A stretch of DNA of 64,000 nt from contig JAQVLT010000002.1 in assembly GCA_028704015.1 (NCBI GenBank), positions 9,499-73,498 on the forward strand, in the 5' to 3' direction. Below the pieces are notes generated by a model. The model saw nothing but the letters and a program-made list of their open reading frames with translations, was not told the origin of the DNA and searched no databases. Each line of letters opens with the position of its first letter. The stretch's first letter is position 1. This document shows positions 43,535-53,380 of this stretch, one piece after another. The translations under genes and the position numbers were made by a program. Origin of the DNA: Patescibacteria group bacterium. GTDB lineage: Bacteria; Patescibacteriota; Patescibacteriia; Patescibacteriales; JAQVLT01.

Positions 43535-43629
43535 CCTCTCCCCGACTCTCCGCCAGCTGGCGGATCGTCATCCCTCTCCTAATTAGCCTGCCTGTCCGGT
43601 AGGCAGGGAGAGGGGTTGGGGGTGAGGGA
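43535..43629. repeat. composite repeat: family C hairpin with family B palindrome nested in its loop
   Basis: ccctctcc taattag [cctgcctgtccggtaggcagg] gagagggg, plus outer arms cctctcccc / ggggtgaggg and an extra gccagctggc palindrome. Confidence 0.65.
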
Positions 43630-43635
43630 TGAAAT

Positions 43636-44061
43636 TTATTTGCACATCCAAACAGTATAGCCGCTGGTGATATCAAGCAAGCAGTCAGTAACAAATTGGG
43701 TAATAGAATAAGCGGCTAAAATAATTATGAGTCCGATAACCGCGCGTTTAATCGTGTTTACGGATTCTTTAACCTGCTCTTCGTTCCCTTGGGAAGTCAT
43801 ATATTTAAAACCCGAGTAGATAATGAGAACAATAAAAATAATTCCCAAAAGGCCCAGCATTATTTTTATCAATTTTGCGATAATGACGCGAATGTCTTGA
43901 GGCGCGCCAAAAGTATTTTGCAATTCAGTTTTGCCTACTTGCTGGCTCCAAAGAGATTGTTCGGCAGAGGCAACGGGCGCACTTGCCAAAAATAAAAATT
44001 GCCCTAAGATAAGAGTGCCAAAGATTAAACTGACGATAAAAATTTTTTTGGAAATTTGCAT
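43636..44061 (-). CDS. VirB2/TrbC-like (T4SS-pilin family) protein
   Basis: Signal peptide, then the core MLGLLGIIFIVLIIYSGFKYMTSQGNEEQVKESVNTIKRAVIGLIIILAAYSI. Confidence 0.6.
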   Translation of the reverse strand: MQISKKIFIVSLIFGTLILGQFLFLASAPVASAEQSLWSQQVGKTELQNTFGAPQDIRVIIAKLIKIMLGLLGIIFIVLIIYSGFKYMTSQGNEEQVKESVNTIKRAVIGLIIILAAYSITQFVTDCLLDITSGYTVWMCK

Positions 44062-44318
44062 AGTATTTATGTTATAATGTAAATAGTTGCTTAGTCGCTT
44101 GGTTAATTAGTTTATCTTATTTAAAAACATATATTCGTTCAACTACGTAACTAATATTAATTATAACTAATATTGGGAAATAAGTAAAAACCACTTTTAA
44201 TAATTTTAAATTTTAAGTTTTAAATTTTAAGTCAATTTTAAATAATAAAATGACAAATTGCGGTTATAATTTATAAAAAAGATTAACAGAAAAAGCTCTA
44301 AATCCCAATATCTAAATC

Positions 44319-44931
44319 CCTGTCTGCCGGCAGGCAGGCTAAATAAATTCAAAATACTAAATCTAAATGATCAAAACAGCGACTAATTATTACGATTTGG
44401 AAGAAAGAACGTTAAAATTCGCTAAAATGGTAAGAGAATTTATTAAGAAATTGCCGAAAACAATTTCTAATATAGAAGATAGTAAACAATTAGCTCGTTC
44501 ATCCGGATCGGTTGGCGCTAACTACATTGAAGCTAACGAAGCATTAAGCAAGAAAGACTTTGTCATGAGAATAAAAATTTGCCGCAAAGAAGCGAAAGAA
44601 TCAAAATATTGGCTGTTACTAATTGATTGCCAAAAAGAATTAATACTAGAACGTGACACCTTAATTAAAGAAGCAACCGAACTAACTAAAATATTTGGAG
44701 CAATTTTAGAGAAATGCAAATAAAATAGTTGTATAATAGTGTTTTGAGTTTAAATAATTAGAATTTTGAATTTGTTTAGGATTTAGAGTTTAGTGCTTAG
44801 GGTTTCAGGAATGTTATAGCAGGAAGCGCAGGAATTAACTCTAATTTTTTCACGAATCACGCTCACCTTAGAAAAGAAAATTTAAAATTTAGTAATTTAT
44901 CATTCAATTAACCTGCCTGCCGGCAGACAGG
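44319..44931. mobile_element. 613-bp cassette: four-helix-bundle gene between inverted family B palindromes and AT-rich subterminal inverted repeats
   Basis: 44319-44338 (cctgtctgccggcaggcagg) is the exact reverse complement of 44912-44931. Inner arms (ctaaat.../aaattcaaaat versus attttgaattt/...atttag) match the gene-less element at 58564-58695. Confidence 0.5.
44367..44723 (+). CDS. four-helix-bundle protein (23S rRNA intervening-sequence protein family)
   Basis: SSGSVGANYIEANEALSKKDFVMRIKICRKEAKESKYWLLLI. Confidence 0.75.
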   Translation: MIKTATNYYDLEERTLKFAKMVREFIKKLPKTISNIEDSKQLARSSGSVGANYIEANEALSKKDFVMRIKICRKEAKESKYWLLLIDCQKELILERDTLIKEATELTKIFGAILEKCK

Positions 44932-44962
44932 AATTTATAATTTAGAATTTAAAATTTTTGTT

Positions 44963-46396
44963 ATGCGTTTATCTACCAAAGTCGCTTACAATACAATTAT
45001 TCAGGTCGCGGGAAAAATTATTTCCACAATTTTGGCCTTGATAGCTGTTGCGGTTATTACACGTTATTTAGGGCAGACGGGATTCGGACAGTTTACCATC
45101 GCGACAACTTTTGTGTCTTTTTTTGCCATTATTGCTGATTTTGGTCTCACTCTCGTAACCGTGCAGATGATTAGCCGGCCGGGAATTAATAAAAATAAAA
45201 TATTAAACAACCTTTTTTCTTTGCGTTTAGTTTCCGCTTTGTTTTTGCTATGCCTTGCTCCGCTCGCAGTAATGTTTTTTCCCTACGAGCCGATAGTCAA
45301 GTTAGCCGTTCTCTTAACTATAATTTCTTTTCTTTTTGTCGCCTTGAATCAGATTTTGGTAGGATTATTTCAACGGGAATTGAGAATGGATAAGATCTCA
45401 ATCGCGGAAATTGTGAGCCGCGTTTTTTTGTTAGTCGGCGTTATTGTGGTCGCCAAGGAAGATTATGGCTTGATAGGCGTGATTGGCGCCAACGTGCTGG
45501 CGGCCATGATAAATTTTGTTTTGCATTTTGTTTTTTCCCGTCCTTATGCTCGCATACGTTTGGAATTTGATTTTACATTATGGCGGGAAATTTTTAGAAA
45601 ATCTTGGCCGCTTGCCATTACCATTGCGCTAAATTTAATCTATCTTCGGGCCGACACCCTGATTCTTTCAATATTCAAAAGCGAAGCTGAGGTTGGTCTT
45701 TATGGAGCGGCTTACAAAGTGATTGATGTGCTTACCGCTATTCCTTTTATGTTCGCCGGTTTAGTACTGCCGATTCTAACAATCAGTTGGACGGAAAAAA
45801 ATAAGGAATATTTTAAAAAAGTTTTATTAAAGTCTTTTGACTTGATGGCGATTTTGGCGATCCCAATGGCTGTGGGCGCGCAATTCACTTCGCGTGAAAT
45901 TATGTCAGTTGTGGCCGGCGCCGATTTTGCCGCTTCCGGGACGATTTTACAGATTTTAATCGCGGCAGTGGTTTTTATTTTTTTGGCCTGTATGTTTTCC
46001 CATGCGATTATCGCCATAGACAAACAGAAAAAATTAATTGGCGCTTATCTTTTTGTGAGTTTAACGTCGCTCGCTTTATACTTTATTCTTATTCCGCGCT
46101 ATTCATATTATGGCGCGGCCGCGGTGACGATCTACAGCGAATTAACTATCGCGGTTTTTGTGGTTTATTACGTCTGGAAATATGCCGGTATTTTACCAAA
46201 TTGGTTGGTCGCAATAAAATCGTTAGCCGCCTCCATGGTGATGGGCGCCGTGCTTTATGTTTTGCCGCCTTCGTTTTATGAAATCCGCGGCGGAATCTTT
46301 TTGGTTTTAGGGGTTGGAGCGATTGTATATTTCCTTTTTTTGTATTTACTCCGCGGACTTACCAAGGAAGACTTGCGGATATTGTCAAAAAAATAA
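44963..46396 (+). CDS. Wzx-like polysaccharide/oligosaccharide flippase
   Basis: About 12-14 TM helices with MOP-superfamily layout. Confidence 0.65.
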   Translation: MRLSTKVAYNTIIQVAGKIISTILALIAVAVITRYLGQTGFGQFTIATTFVSFFAIIADFGLTLVTVQMISRPGINKNKILNNLFSLRLVSALFLLCLAPLAVMFFPYEPIVKLAVLLTIISFLFVALNQILVGLFQRELRMDKISIAEIVSRVFLLVGVIVVAKEDYGLIGVIGANVLAAMINFVLHFVFSRPYARIRLEFDFTLWREIFRKSWPLAITIALNLIYLRADTLILSIFKSEAEVGLYGAAYKVIDVLTAIPFMFAGLVLPILTISWTEKNKEYFKKVLLKSFDLMAILAIPMAVGAQFTSREIMSVVAGADFAASGTILQILIAAVVFIFLACMFSHAIIAIDKQKKLIGAYLFVSLTSLALYFILIPRYSYYGAAAVTIYSELTIAVFVVYYVWKYAGILPNWLVAIKSLAASMVMGAVLYVLPPSFYEIRGGIFLVLGVGAIVYFLFLYLLRGLTKEDLRILSKK

Positions 46397-46403
46397 AACA
46401 ACT

Positions 46404-47549
46404 ATGAAAAAGAATATTTTAATAGTAAATTCAGCTTCGGATAAAAATAGTTTTTTGGAAGATTTTTTGGTGGAGCTGGAGAAAAGAGATTTTTGTTTTT
46501 ATCTTCTTTCGTCGCGTTCCGAACTTTTGGAACAATTTAGAAATAGGCATTGGAGCGCGCGCCGCATTTATTTCGGGCCGGATATATCTAATAATTTTAA
46601 ATTTATTTTTTGGCTCACGCTTTTTCCGTTTTTATTTATTTATTTCATTTTTAAAATTTTATTTTTAAAATATAAATTACGCATTAGGACGGTGGTTTGT
46701 CTTAATTTCAATGAAAAAATAATTTTATCCGCCGTTGGCGCAGTTTTAAAATTAAAAATTGTTTGGCTGGAAAATACAGAAATTAATTATCGCAAACTGC
46801 CTAGTTTGGTTCTAAGATTTTATAAATTTTTTTCCGGGCGTGTTGTTATTATCGTTCCGACCAACCGCGTCAAAGAGCAATTGCTCAGTCTGCATTTTTC
46901 TGAAGAAAGGATTGCTGTAATTTTTCCCGGCATTCGGTTTGGAGAGGCCAGACATCAGGAAAATATTTTTTATAATTTGGCGAAGAGCGAGCAATCCAAC
47001 CATAGGCGCCGCTATTTTACCGTCGGAGTGGTAACAAGATTTAACCAGCCAAATCAGATAGAGAGTTTGCTTAGGGCGGCAAAAGTGATTTTGGCGGTTA
47101 TTCCAAATTTGCAAATAATAATTGTCGGCGAGGGATCAAATGACGAGAAAAAACAAGTTAGCTGGGCGGCCAAAAAAATCGGGATAGAAAACGTAATTTG
47201 GCTGGTTGGTCGACAAGAGAATTTGAAAAAATGGCTGGAAAGCTTCGCGGTTTATTTTATCGCCAGCGAAATTCCGACGAGCCTGGATTTGAAACTGGCG
47301 CTCAAGGCCATGGCCGCGGGATTGCCGGTTATAAGTGTAAGTGGGCGCGGTTTTGAAGATTTGATCTTGGAAAACACGGGATTATTTTTTGAAGCCGGCG
47401 ACAGTGAAATGCTTGCTGGCCAGATTATTAGGCTATACAAAAATAAACTTTGGCTGTATAAATTAGGTCAGGCCGGTAAGGCTCTGGCAGAAGAAAGATT
47501 TAATATAGAAAAGCAGGCGAGAGAGCTAGAAAAATTTTTAATTTTGTAA
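46404..47549 (+). CDS. glycosyltransferase family 4 (GT-B)
   Basis: Start moved to MKKNILIVNS. C-terminal GLPVISVSGRGFEDLILENTGLFFEAGD. The last 5 codons lie in a family E repeat. Confidence 0.65.
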   Translation: MKKNILIVNSASDKNSFLEDFLVELEKRDFCFYLLSSRSELLEQFRNRHWSARRIYFGPDISNNFKFIFWLTLFPFLFIYFIFKILFLKYKLRIRTVVCLNFNEKIILSAVGAVLKLKIVWLENTEINYRKLPSLVLRFYKFFSGRVVIIVPTNRVKEQLLSLHFSEERIAVIFPGIRFGEARHQENIFYNLAKSEQSNHRRRYFTVGVVTRFNQPNQIESLLRAAKVILAVIPNLQIIIVGEGSNDEKKQVSWAAKKIGIENVIWLVGRQENLKKWLESFAVYFIASEIPTSLDLKLALKAMAAGLPVISVSGRGFEDLILENTGLFFEAGDSEMLAGQIIRLYKNKLWLYKLGQAGKALAEERFNIEKQARELEKFLIL

Positions 47550-47636
47550 TTTTTGAATTTTTAAATAATTTCAAATTTATAATTTTAAAATATTAAAAAT
47601 TAATTTATTAAAAATTATTTATAAAATTAAAAATTT
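47532..47636. repeat. ~105-nt AT-rich palindromic element (family E)
   Basis: See 42421-42527. It overlaps the glycosyltransferase stop codon and ends 5 nt before the next ATG. Confidence 0.6.
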
Positions 47637-47640
47637 TAAC

Positions 47641-48642
47641 ATGAAATACACAATAGCAAATGAAAATTCGGGAGAACGTTTAGATAAATTTTTAACTGTC
47701 AAGCTAACTGATATCACCCGCAGCCAAGTACAGAAATTAATCAAAGCGGGTGGAATCACGGTCAATAAAAAAATTGTTACGCCGCATAATTTTTTGAAAC
47801 AGGATGATGTGGTGGAGATTCGGGAAATTTCCAATAAATCGTCGGAAACTAAAAAGAACGAAGAAGATTTTTTTGGCGACAAAAATATATTTTCTCGGAT
47901 TGAAATTATTGAAGATGCTCCGGAATATTTAGTTATTAATAAGCCGGCGGGTTTAACCGTGCATGGCGGCGAAGGGGTGAAAACAATCACCTTGGTTGAC
48001 TGGCTCGTGGAAAAATATCCCGAAACAAAAAAAGTCGGTGAGGATCCATTGCGTCCGGGCATTGTTCATCGGCTTGACCGCGAGGTGAGCGGTCTTATGG
48101 TGGTTGCTAAGACGCAGGACTCTTTTGAAAATCTGAAAAAACAATTTCAAAAAAGAACCGCGAGAAAAGATTATTTGGCCTTGGTTTATGGAGCGGTAAA
48201 AAAAGAAGCCGGCGAGATTGATTTTCCGATCAAGCGTTCAACGCTTGGCTACAAAATGGCCGCCATGCCAACAACGGACAAAAAGGCGGAAGATATTTTT
48301 AATTATAATATCAAAGGCGCGCGACGCGCGACCACTGAATTTAAAGTCGCCAAAAGATTTATAAATTATACTTTGTTAAAATTAAAAATCAAAACCGGCC
48401 GCACGCACCAGATACGCGTTCATCTCTTCGCCTATGGCGCGCCGATTGTCGGCGATGATTTGTATAGCACCAAAAAAACTCGTGAGAAAAATGCGCGTCT
48501 GCGCAAAGAGCAAAAATTGAATTCAGAAAGAATTTTCTTGGTGGCGGAAAAATTGTCATTCAATGATTTGGCTGGAGAAAAAAAATCTTTTCAAATAGAC
48601 TTGCCTGAGGAGCTAAAAACATTTTTAGAAACCGTGAAGTAA
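47641..48642 (+). CDS. RluA-family (RluD-like) pseudouridine synthase
   Basis: S4 domain, HRLDREVSG catalytic Asp motif, GRTHQIRVHL. Confidence 0.85.
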   Translation: MKYTIANENSGERLDKFLTVKLTDITRSQVQKLIKAGGITVNKKIVTPHNFLKQDDVVEIREISNKSSETKKNEEDFFGDKNIFSRIEIIEDAPEYLVINKPAGLTVHGGEGVKTITLVDWLVEKYPETKKVGEDPLRPGIVHRLDREVSGLMVVAKTQDSFENLKKQFQKRTARKDYLALVYGAVKKEAGEIDFPIKRSTLGYKMAAMPTTDKKAEDIFNYNIKGARRATTEFKVAKRFINYTLLKLKIKTGRTHQIRVHLFAYGAPIVGDDLYSTKKTREKNARLRKEQKLNSERIFLVAEKLSFNDLAGEKKSFQIDLPEELKTFLETVK

Positions 48643-48728
48643 TTTCAAACGGATTGACTTTTCTCCAAAAAACTTGTAAACTAAAGTCATTAAAAATAAT
48701 CCAAAATTTTTACATTTTACATTTAGCT

Positions 48729-50702
48729 ATGAATATAACAGAACTGGCTAGAATTTTAAGAGTCACTCCGCAAGAGTTAAAAGATAAGTTGCCGCTTATT
48801 GGTTTTGATATTGGCCAAAAAGCTATTAAAATCGACAACGCCACCGCCCAAAGAATTATCCGCGAGTGGCCTTTTTTGATTAGAAGATTGGAACAGCAAA
48901 AGATAGGTGAAACAAAAAACAGCCAGACGCTTAGCCAGGAACATGCGGTAGAAAAGAAAATAGTTATTGTACCTAATTTTATTATTGTTAAAGATTTCGC
49001 CGTATTAGCGCAACTGCCAATTAGCAAAGTGTTGGCGCAATTAATGAAAAATGGCATTTTTACTTCCATGAACGAACGTATTGATGCCGACACAGCGATG
49101 ATTATCGGCGCTGACTTGGGGCTGGATGTAAAATTAAAAGAAGGCGAAGACGAAACAGAAGCTAAGGAAGACGAAAAATTAAAGAAAATATTAAGTTTGG
49201 AAAAAGAAGAGGATTTAATCAAACGTCCGCCGGTGATTGTTGTGATGGGACACGTTGACCATGGCAAGACTAAACTTTTAGATGCGATTAGAAAAACCAA
49301 TGTCGTGGCGGGTGAAGCCGGCGGTATAACTCAGCATATTGGCGCATATCAAGTAGAACGCAAGGGTAAATTGATTACTTTTATTGATACTCCCGGTCAT
49401 GAAGCTTTCACGGCGATGCGTAGCCGCGGCGCCAAAGTAGCGGATATTGCTATCTTGGTCGTAGCCGCTGACGATGGCGTAAAGCCGCAAACCGTGGAAG
49501 CGTTCAGAATTATTGAAGCGGCCAAGATTCCTTATGTTGTTGCGATTAATAAAATTGATAAACCCGGCGCGGATATTAACAAAACCAAGCAAGAATTATC
49601 CACGCAATTGAATATCACTCCTGAAGACTGGGGCGGCAAAGTTACCTGCGTTCCGGTTTCCGCCAAGGACGGAACGGGCATAGAAGAACTTTTAGACATG
49701 ATTCTTCTAACCGCTGACATGGAAGCTGGCAATATGAAAGCGAATCCGAATGCTCCGGCAGTCGGGACGGTAGTGGAATCAAACGTAAACAAAGGCGCCG
49801 GTCCGGTAGCAACAATTTTAATCCAAAATGGGACTTTGCATTTGGGCGATCAGCTCTGTTTTGAAGGAAAGATTTATGGCAAAGTGCGTGCTTTCAAAAA
49901 TTACAAAGGAGAAATAATTACTGCCGCCAGTCCTTCAACTCCTATTATGGTAATCGGTCTCAAGGTTGCGCCGCGCGTTGGCGATATTCTGGAAGTTGGC
50001 GAGGGCGAAAAAGTTAAATTTAATAAAACTAAAATGGGCGGCAAAGATATGCCGACAAAACAGGAAACAGAACAAGAAAAAGCTAAAATTAAAAAATTAA
50101 AATTAATTATCAAGAGCGACGTTTTCGGTTCGGCCGAAGCGATTGAAGAGTCGCTGGAAAAAATTTCTACGGAATTAGTAGGTATTGATATAATTCACAA
50201 GGGATTGGGTAATATTACCGAGGGTGATGTTATCAAGGCCGAGGCATCGGGAGCGGTAGTTATCGGTTTCAATGTAAAGACACCGGTGCAGATTGAGAAT
50301 TTGATCCGCGAAAAAAATGTTAAGGCCAAAACTTTTAATATTATTTATGACTTGATTGAATATGCAAGAAAAGAGATGGAGGCCTTGATTGAAATTGAAA
50401 TAAAAAGAATTGATATGGGAAGATTAAAAGTTCTGGCTATTTTTCGTACGGAAAAAAACGCGCAGATTGTCGGCGGCAAAGTGTTGGATGGCAAGATTGA
50501 AAAAAACGGCTTGATTGAAGTGACGCGCGATAAAAATATTATTGCTATGGGAAAAATGACCATGCTTCAATATAACAAGCAGGAAGTGAGTTCCGTGGAA
50601 GAAAATCAAGAATGTGGTATCCGCTACGAAGGCAAACCGCTTATTCAAGTCGGCGACATTTTACAAATTTATAAAGAAGAAAGAATAATAAAAAAATTAT
50701 AA
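48729..50702 (+). CDS. infB: translation initiation factor IF-2
   Basis: Start moved to [11 protein letters not shown] domain [17 protein letters not shown]. Confidence 0.9.
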   Translation: MNITELARILRVTPQELKDKLPLIGFDIGQKAIKIDNATAQRIIREWPFLIRRLEQQKIGETKNSQTLSQEHAVEKKIVIVPNFIIVKDFAVLAQLPISKVLAQLMKNGIFTSMNERIDADTAMIIGADLGLDVKLKEGEDETEAKEDEKLKKILSLEKEEDLIKRPPVIVVMGHVDHGKTKLLDAIRKTNVVAGEAGGITQHIGAYQVERKGKLITFIDTPGHEAFTAMRSRGAKVADIAILVVAADDGVKPQTVEAFRIIEAAKIPYVVAINKIDKPGADINKTKQELSTQLNITPEDWGGKVTCVPVSAKDGTGIEELLDMILLTADMEAGNMKANPNAPAVGTVVESNVNKGAGPVATILIQNGTLHLGDQLCFEGKIYGKVRAFKNYKGEIITAASPSTPIMVIGLKVAPRVGDILEVGEGEKVKFNKTKMGGKDMPTKQETEQEKAKIKKLKLIIKSDVFGSAEAIEESLEKISTELVGIDIIHKGLGNITEGDVIKAEASGAVVIGFNVKTPVQIENLIREKNVKAKTFNIIYDLIEYARKEMEALIEIEIKRIDMGRLKVLAIFRTEKNAQIVGGKVLDGKIEKNGLIEVTRDKNIIAMGKMTMLQYNKQEVSSVEENQECGIRYEGKPLIQVGDILQIYKEERIIKKL

Positions 50703-50792
50703 GGGCATAGTAAAATAGTAATTAGTAAATAGCACTTAATTAAAACGGCTTTGCCCTATTTACTGTTTACTATTTACTGTTTACTAAATACC

Positions 50793-51119
50793 ATGCGCAT
50801 TGAACAAGTAAATTCTTTACTACAAACTGAACTGGGAAATTTAATAATCCGTGAAATTCCCACGGATAATTTTTTGATTACCATAACTTATGTTGATACG
50901 GCTCCCAATTTGGCCAGTGTCAAAATCGGTGTTTCAATTCTACCGGATAGATATTCAGGCACGGCCTTAAAATTTTTAAAAGCGCACTCATCGATATTTT
51001 CAAGAAGTATACTAAAAAATACGCGCCTGCGGAAAGTTCCTCATTTTATCTGGGAGATAGATGCCACGGAAAAAAAGGCCAGCGAAATTGAAGAGATTTT
51101 AAGCATCATTAGAGAATAA
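50793..51119 (+). CDS. rbfA: ribosome-binding factor A
   Basis: Start moved to MRIEQVNSLLQTELGNLI. Sits in the conserved infB-rbfA position. Confidence 0.8.
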   Translation: MRIEQVNSLLQTELGNLIIREIPTDNFLITITYVDTAPNLASVKIGVSILPDRYSGTALKFLKAHSSIFSRSILKNTRLRKVPHFIWEIDATEKKASEIEEILSIIRE

Positions 51120-51215
51120 ATAAATTTCTTAAAAGCCTCTAAGAGCCTCCGAAGGTTTTTAGAGGCTTTTAATATCTCTTGCCTTTTTTCACGTTCTATT
51201 ATATATTAAAAAACT

Positions 51216-52184
51216 ATGAATTTTGAGATTAAATTCCAAAAAGCCTGGGCGAAAATCAAAGAGGCGAAAAATATTTTGGTAGTTACTCATGTGCGGCCGG
51301 ATGGCGATGCGCTTGCTTCACTATGCGTGATGGTTGAATTATTAATTTCCCAGAATAAAAATTATACAGCCTTTTGCGCCTGGGAAGTAGATAAAATTTT
51401 TTCTTACTTGCCGCATTTTGAAAAAGTTATTAATAAAAAAGAATTAATTAATTTTAATGATTACGACCTTATCATTTCTCTTGATTGCGGAAGTATTGAC
51501 CGTACCGGTTTGGCAGAAGAAATAAAAAATAGAGACAAAAAACAATTTTTTTTGGAAATTGACCACCATCAAAAGATTGAAAATATATCCGATCTGGAAA
51601 TAAGAGATTCGGCTATGTCAGCCACGGCGGAAGCGCTTTATAATTTCTTTAAAAATAATAAAATCAGAATCAATAAAAATATTGCCACCTGCATTTTGAC
51701 GGGGATCCTCACTGATACTGCCAATTTTCTCTATCCCTCTACTTCCGATCAGACAATCAATATCGCTTCGGAAATGCTGGTGCGCGGCGCTCGTTTCCCG
51801 GAAATAGTTCATAAAACTTGGTACAATAAAAGCCTGCCCTCTATGAAATTATGGGGCCTGGCACTGAGCAATTTAAAAATAAATGAGAAGTATAATTTTG
51901 CTTTTTCAATATTGACTCTGGAAGAAATAAAAAGCATCGGCGGGAATGATGACATCTACGATTCAATTGTTGGCTTCCTGAGTAATCTTAATAATGTTCA
52001 GGGCGTACTGCTGCTTCGCGAGGAAGAGGGAGGAAAGCTTAAAGGCAGTTTGCGTTCCAGCCATCCGACTGCCGACATTTCCCGTCTGGCCCGCTTCTTT
52101 GGCGGCGGCGGACACCCGAAATCATCGGGATTTTTGGTTGAAGGAAAGCTGGAAAAAGTCGGAAAAAACTATGTTATTAGTTAA
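51216..52184 (+). CDS. nrnA: DHH/DHHA1 phosphoesterase (NrnA-like)
   Basis: HVRPDGDALAS, DHH motif IDHHQ, GGGGHPKSSG. Confidence 0.8.
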   Translation: MNFEIKFQKAWAKIKEAKNILVVTHVRPDGDALASLCVMVELLISQNKNYTAFCAWEVDKIFSYLPHFEKVINKKELINFNDYDLIISLDCGSIDRTGLAEEIKNRDKKQFFLEIDHHQKIENISDLEIRDSAMSATAEALYNFFKNNKIRINKNIATCILTGILTDTANFLYPSTSDQTINIASEMLVRGARFPEIVHKTWYNKSLPSMKLWGLALSNLKINEKYNFAFSILTLEEIKSIGGNDDIYDSIVGFLSNLNNVQGVLLLREEEGGKLKGSLRSSHPTADISRLARFFGGGGHPKSSGFLVEGKLEKVGKNYVIS

Positions 52185-52213
52185 AATTTAAACCCACGCT
52201 CAGACCGCCGAAT

Positions 52214-52291
52214 AGGCGGACAGGGCTATTTTGAAAAGCCCAATTATTAGGGCTTTTATCTTTTTTAGCCCAAACCATTTATAGTTGGGCG
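52214..52291. repeat. two-hairpin intergenic element (family G), copy without the family B insertion
   Basis: aaagccc aattatt agggcttt and gcccaa accatttatag ttgggc hairpins. Aligns with 30122-30227. Confidence 0.55.
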
Positions 52292-52305
52292 TAATCTGAT
52301 AGAAT

Positions 52306-52333
52306 TTGACATTAAACTACAATAATTTATACT
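52306..52333 (+). promoter_or_regulatory. sigma70-type promoter upstream of a GC-rich orphan gene
   Basis: TTGACA 52306-52311, 16-nt spacer, TATACT. Confidence 0.45.
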
Positions 52334-52423
52334 TTAACCACGCCCTTTAACATCAATCTTTTTAATCTTCTCTTGGAGCTGAGTTCCAAAAAAGGTGATT
52401 TACGATCGCAAAGGAGGAAAAAC

Positions 52424-52954
52424 ATGGAAGATCCCCGTAGCGAATTTCAACGAGCTCAAGGTATTATTGCTATCGAGAGCACAGTTTATAGGGACGGAGA
52501 AAATCTAGAGACGGTTTCCGAGCTTCCTTTCCTGTGGATGACAAACATAGGAAAGTCTATCGTTAAATGTTTTCTTGAGTTGTTGGATTTCCGAGTCAAA
52601 GATTTTTCAGCCAGTTTCACTTTTCTGAAAAGAAACGGGACGGCTGACTTCAGGATCCTTCTAGTGGATCGAAGCAACAAAATACACGAGTTTTTCGGTA
52701 CTTGGAGCTTCGGGGGCTGTAAGTTGTTGAACATTGGCATGGCTTTCTCGGCGCACCCCGATAAAACTCCATGTCTGGCGCCTATAACATACGCGCAAAA
52801 CATCGCGGCTGAGGATGTGGCCCTCGACATCACCCGGCTTCTCATGGAGGAAATGATTAACGAAGAGAAGGCGGAAATAACATCTCGGAAGTTAATCTTG
52901 TCAAGGTTGCAAGCCCAGGTGGAAAAAGCCGGGCTTGTTCCCAACAAAAAGTGA
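52424..52954 (+). CDS. hypothetical protein (GC-rich island)
   Basis: Start moved to MEDPRSEF after SD aaaggagg. No motif recognised. Confidence 0.5.
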   Translation: MEDPRSEFQRAQGIIAIESTVYRDGENLETVSELPFLWMTNIGKSIVKCFLELLDFRVKDFSASFTFLKRNGTADFRILLVDRSNKIHEFFGTWSFGGCKLLNIGMAFSAHPDKTPCLAPITYAQNIAAEDVALDITRLLMEEMINEEKAEITSRKLILSRLQAQVEKAGLVPNKK

Positions 52955-52968
52955 AATAGCAACCTCGT

Positions 52969-52996
52969 GAGCCGCAAAATATCGCGGCTCTTTTTT
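52969..52996 (+). terminator. rho-independent terminator
   Basis: gagccgc / gcggctc stem plus tttttt. Confidence 0.65.
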
Positions 52997-53072
52997 ATTG
53001 CCAAATTTTATAAATAGGTATATTTTTAAAGTAAGTTTTTGGTGTGAATAGAGAAATACAAGGAGGGGGTGA

Positions 53073-53339
53073 ATGTACAAGGCACTTGGTTTTTTAATAA
53101 TATTTGGCTTGCTCTCCGTATTTTTTCAAAGGAGAGCCAAAAAGCGTTTTGAAACGTGGATTTCTTCCGCTGAAAATTTTAAGATAGCAGAAAGGAAAAT
53201 TTCACCTGTCGAAAGGACGAGGCTGTCCTTGATAGTTGGCAAAAACGAGCGGCTCTTTATCATAATTAGGCGGTGGAAGCGCTTATTTGTGTTTGCTACT
53301 GTAATAAGTGCGATCATCTTTTTGCTTTATACCATTTGA
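53073..53339 (+). CDS. hypothetical two-TM small protein
   Basis: SD aaggaggggg. Hydrophobic N- and C-terminal helices. Confidence 0.45.
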   Translation: MYKALGFLIIFGLLSVFFQRRAKKRFETWISSAENFKIAERKISPVERTRLSLIVGKNERLFIIIRRWKRLFVFATVISAIIFLLYTI

Positions 53340-53351
53340 ACGCCAAAAGAA

Positions 53352-53380
53352 AGAGAGGCCATTTAGACCTCTCTATTTTT
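53352..53380. terminator. hairpin terminator shared with the convergent isomerase gene
   Basis: agagagg / cctctct stem plus attttt. Confidence 0.5.
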
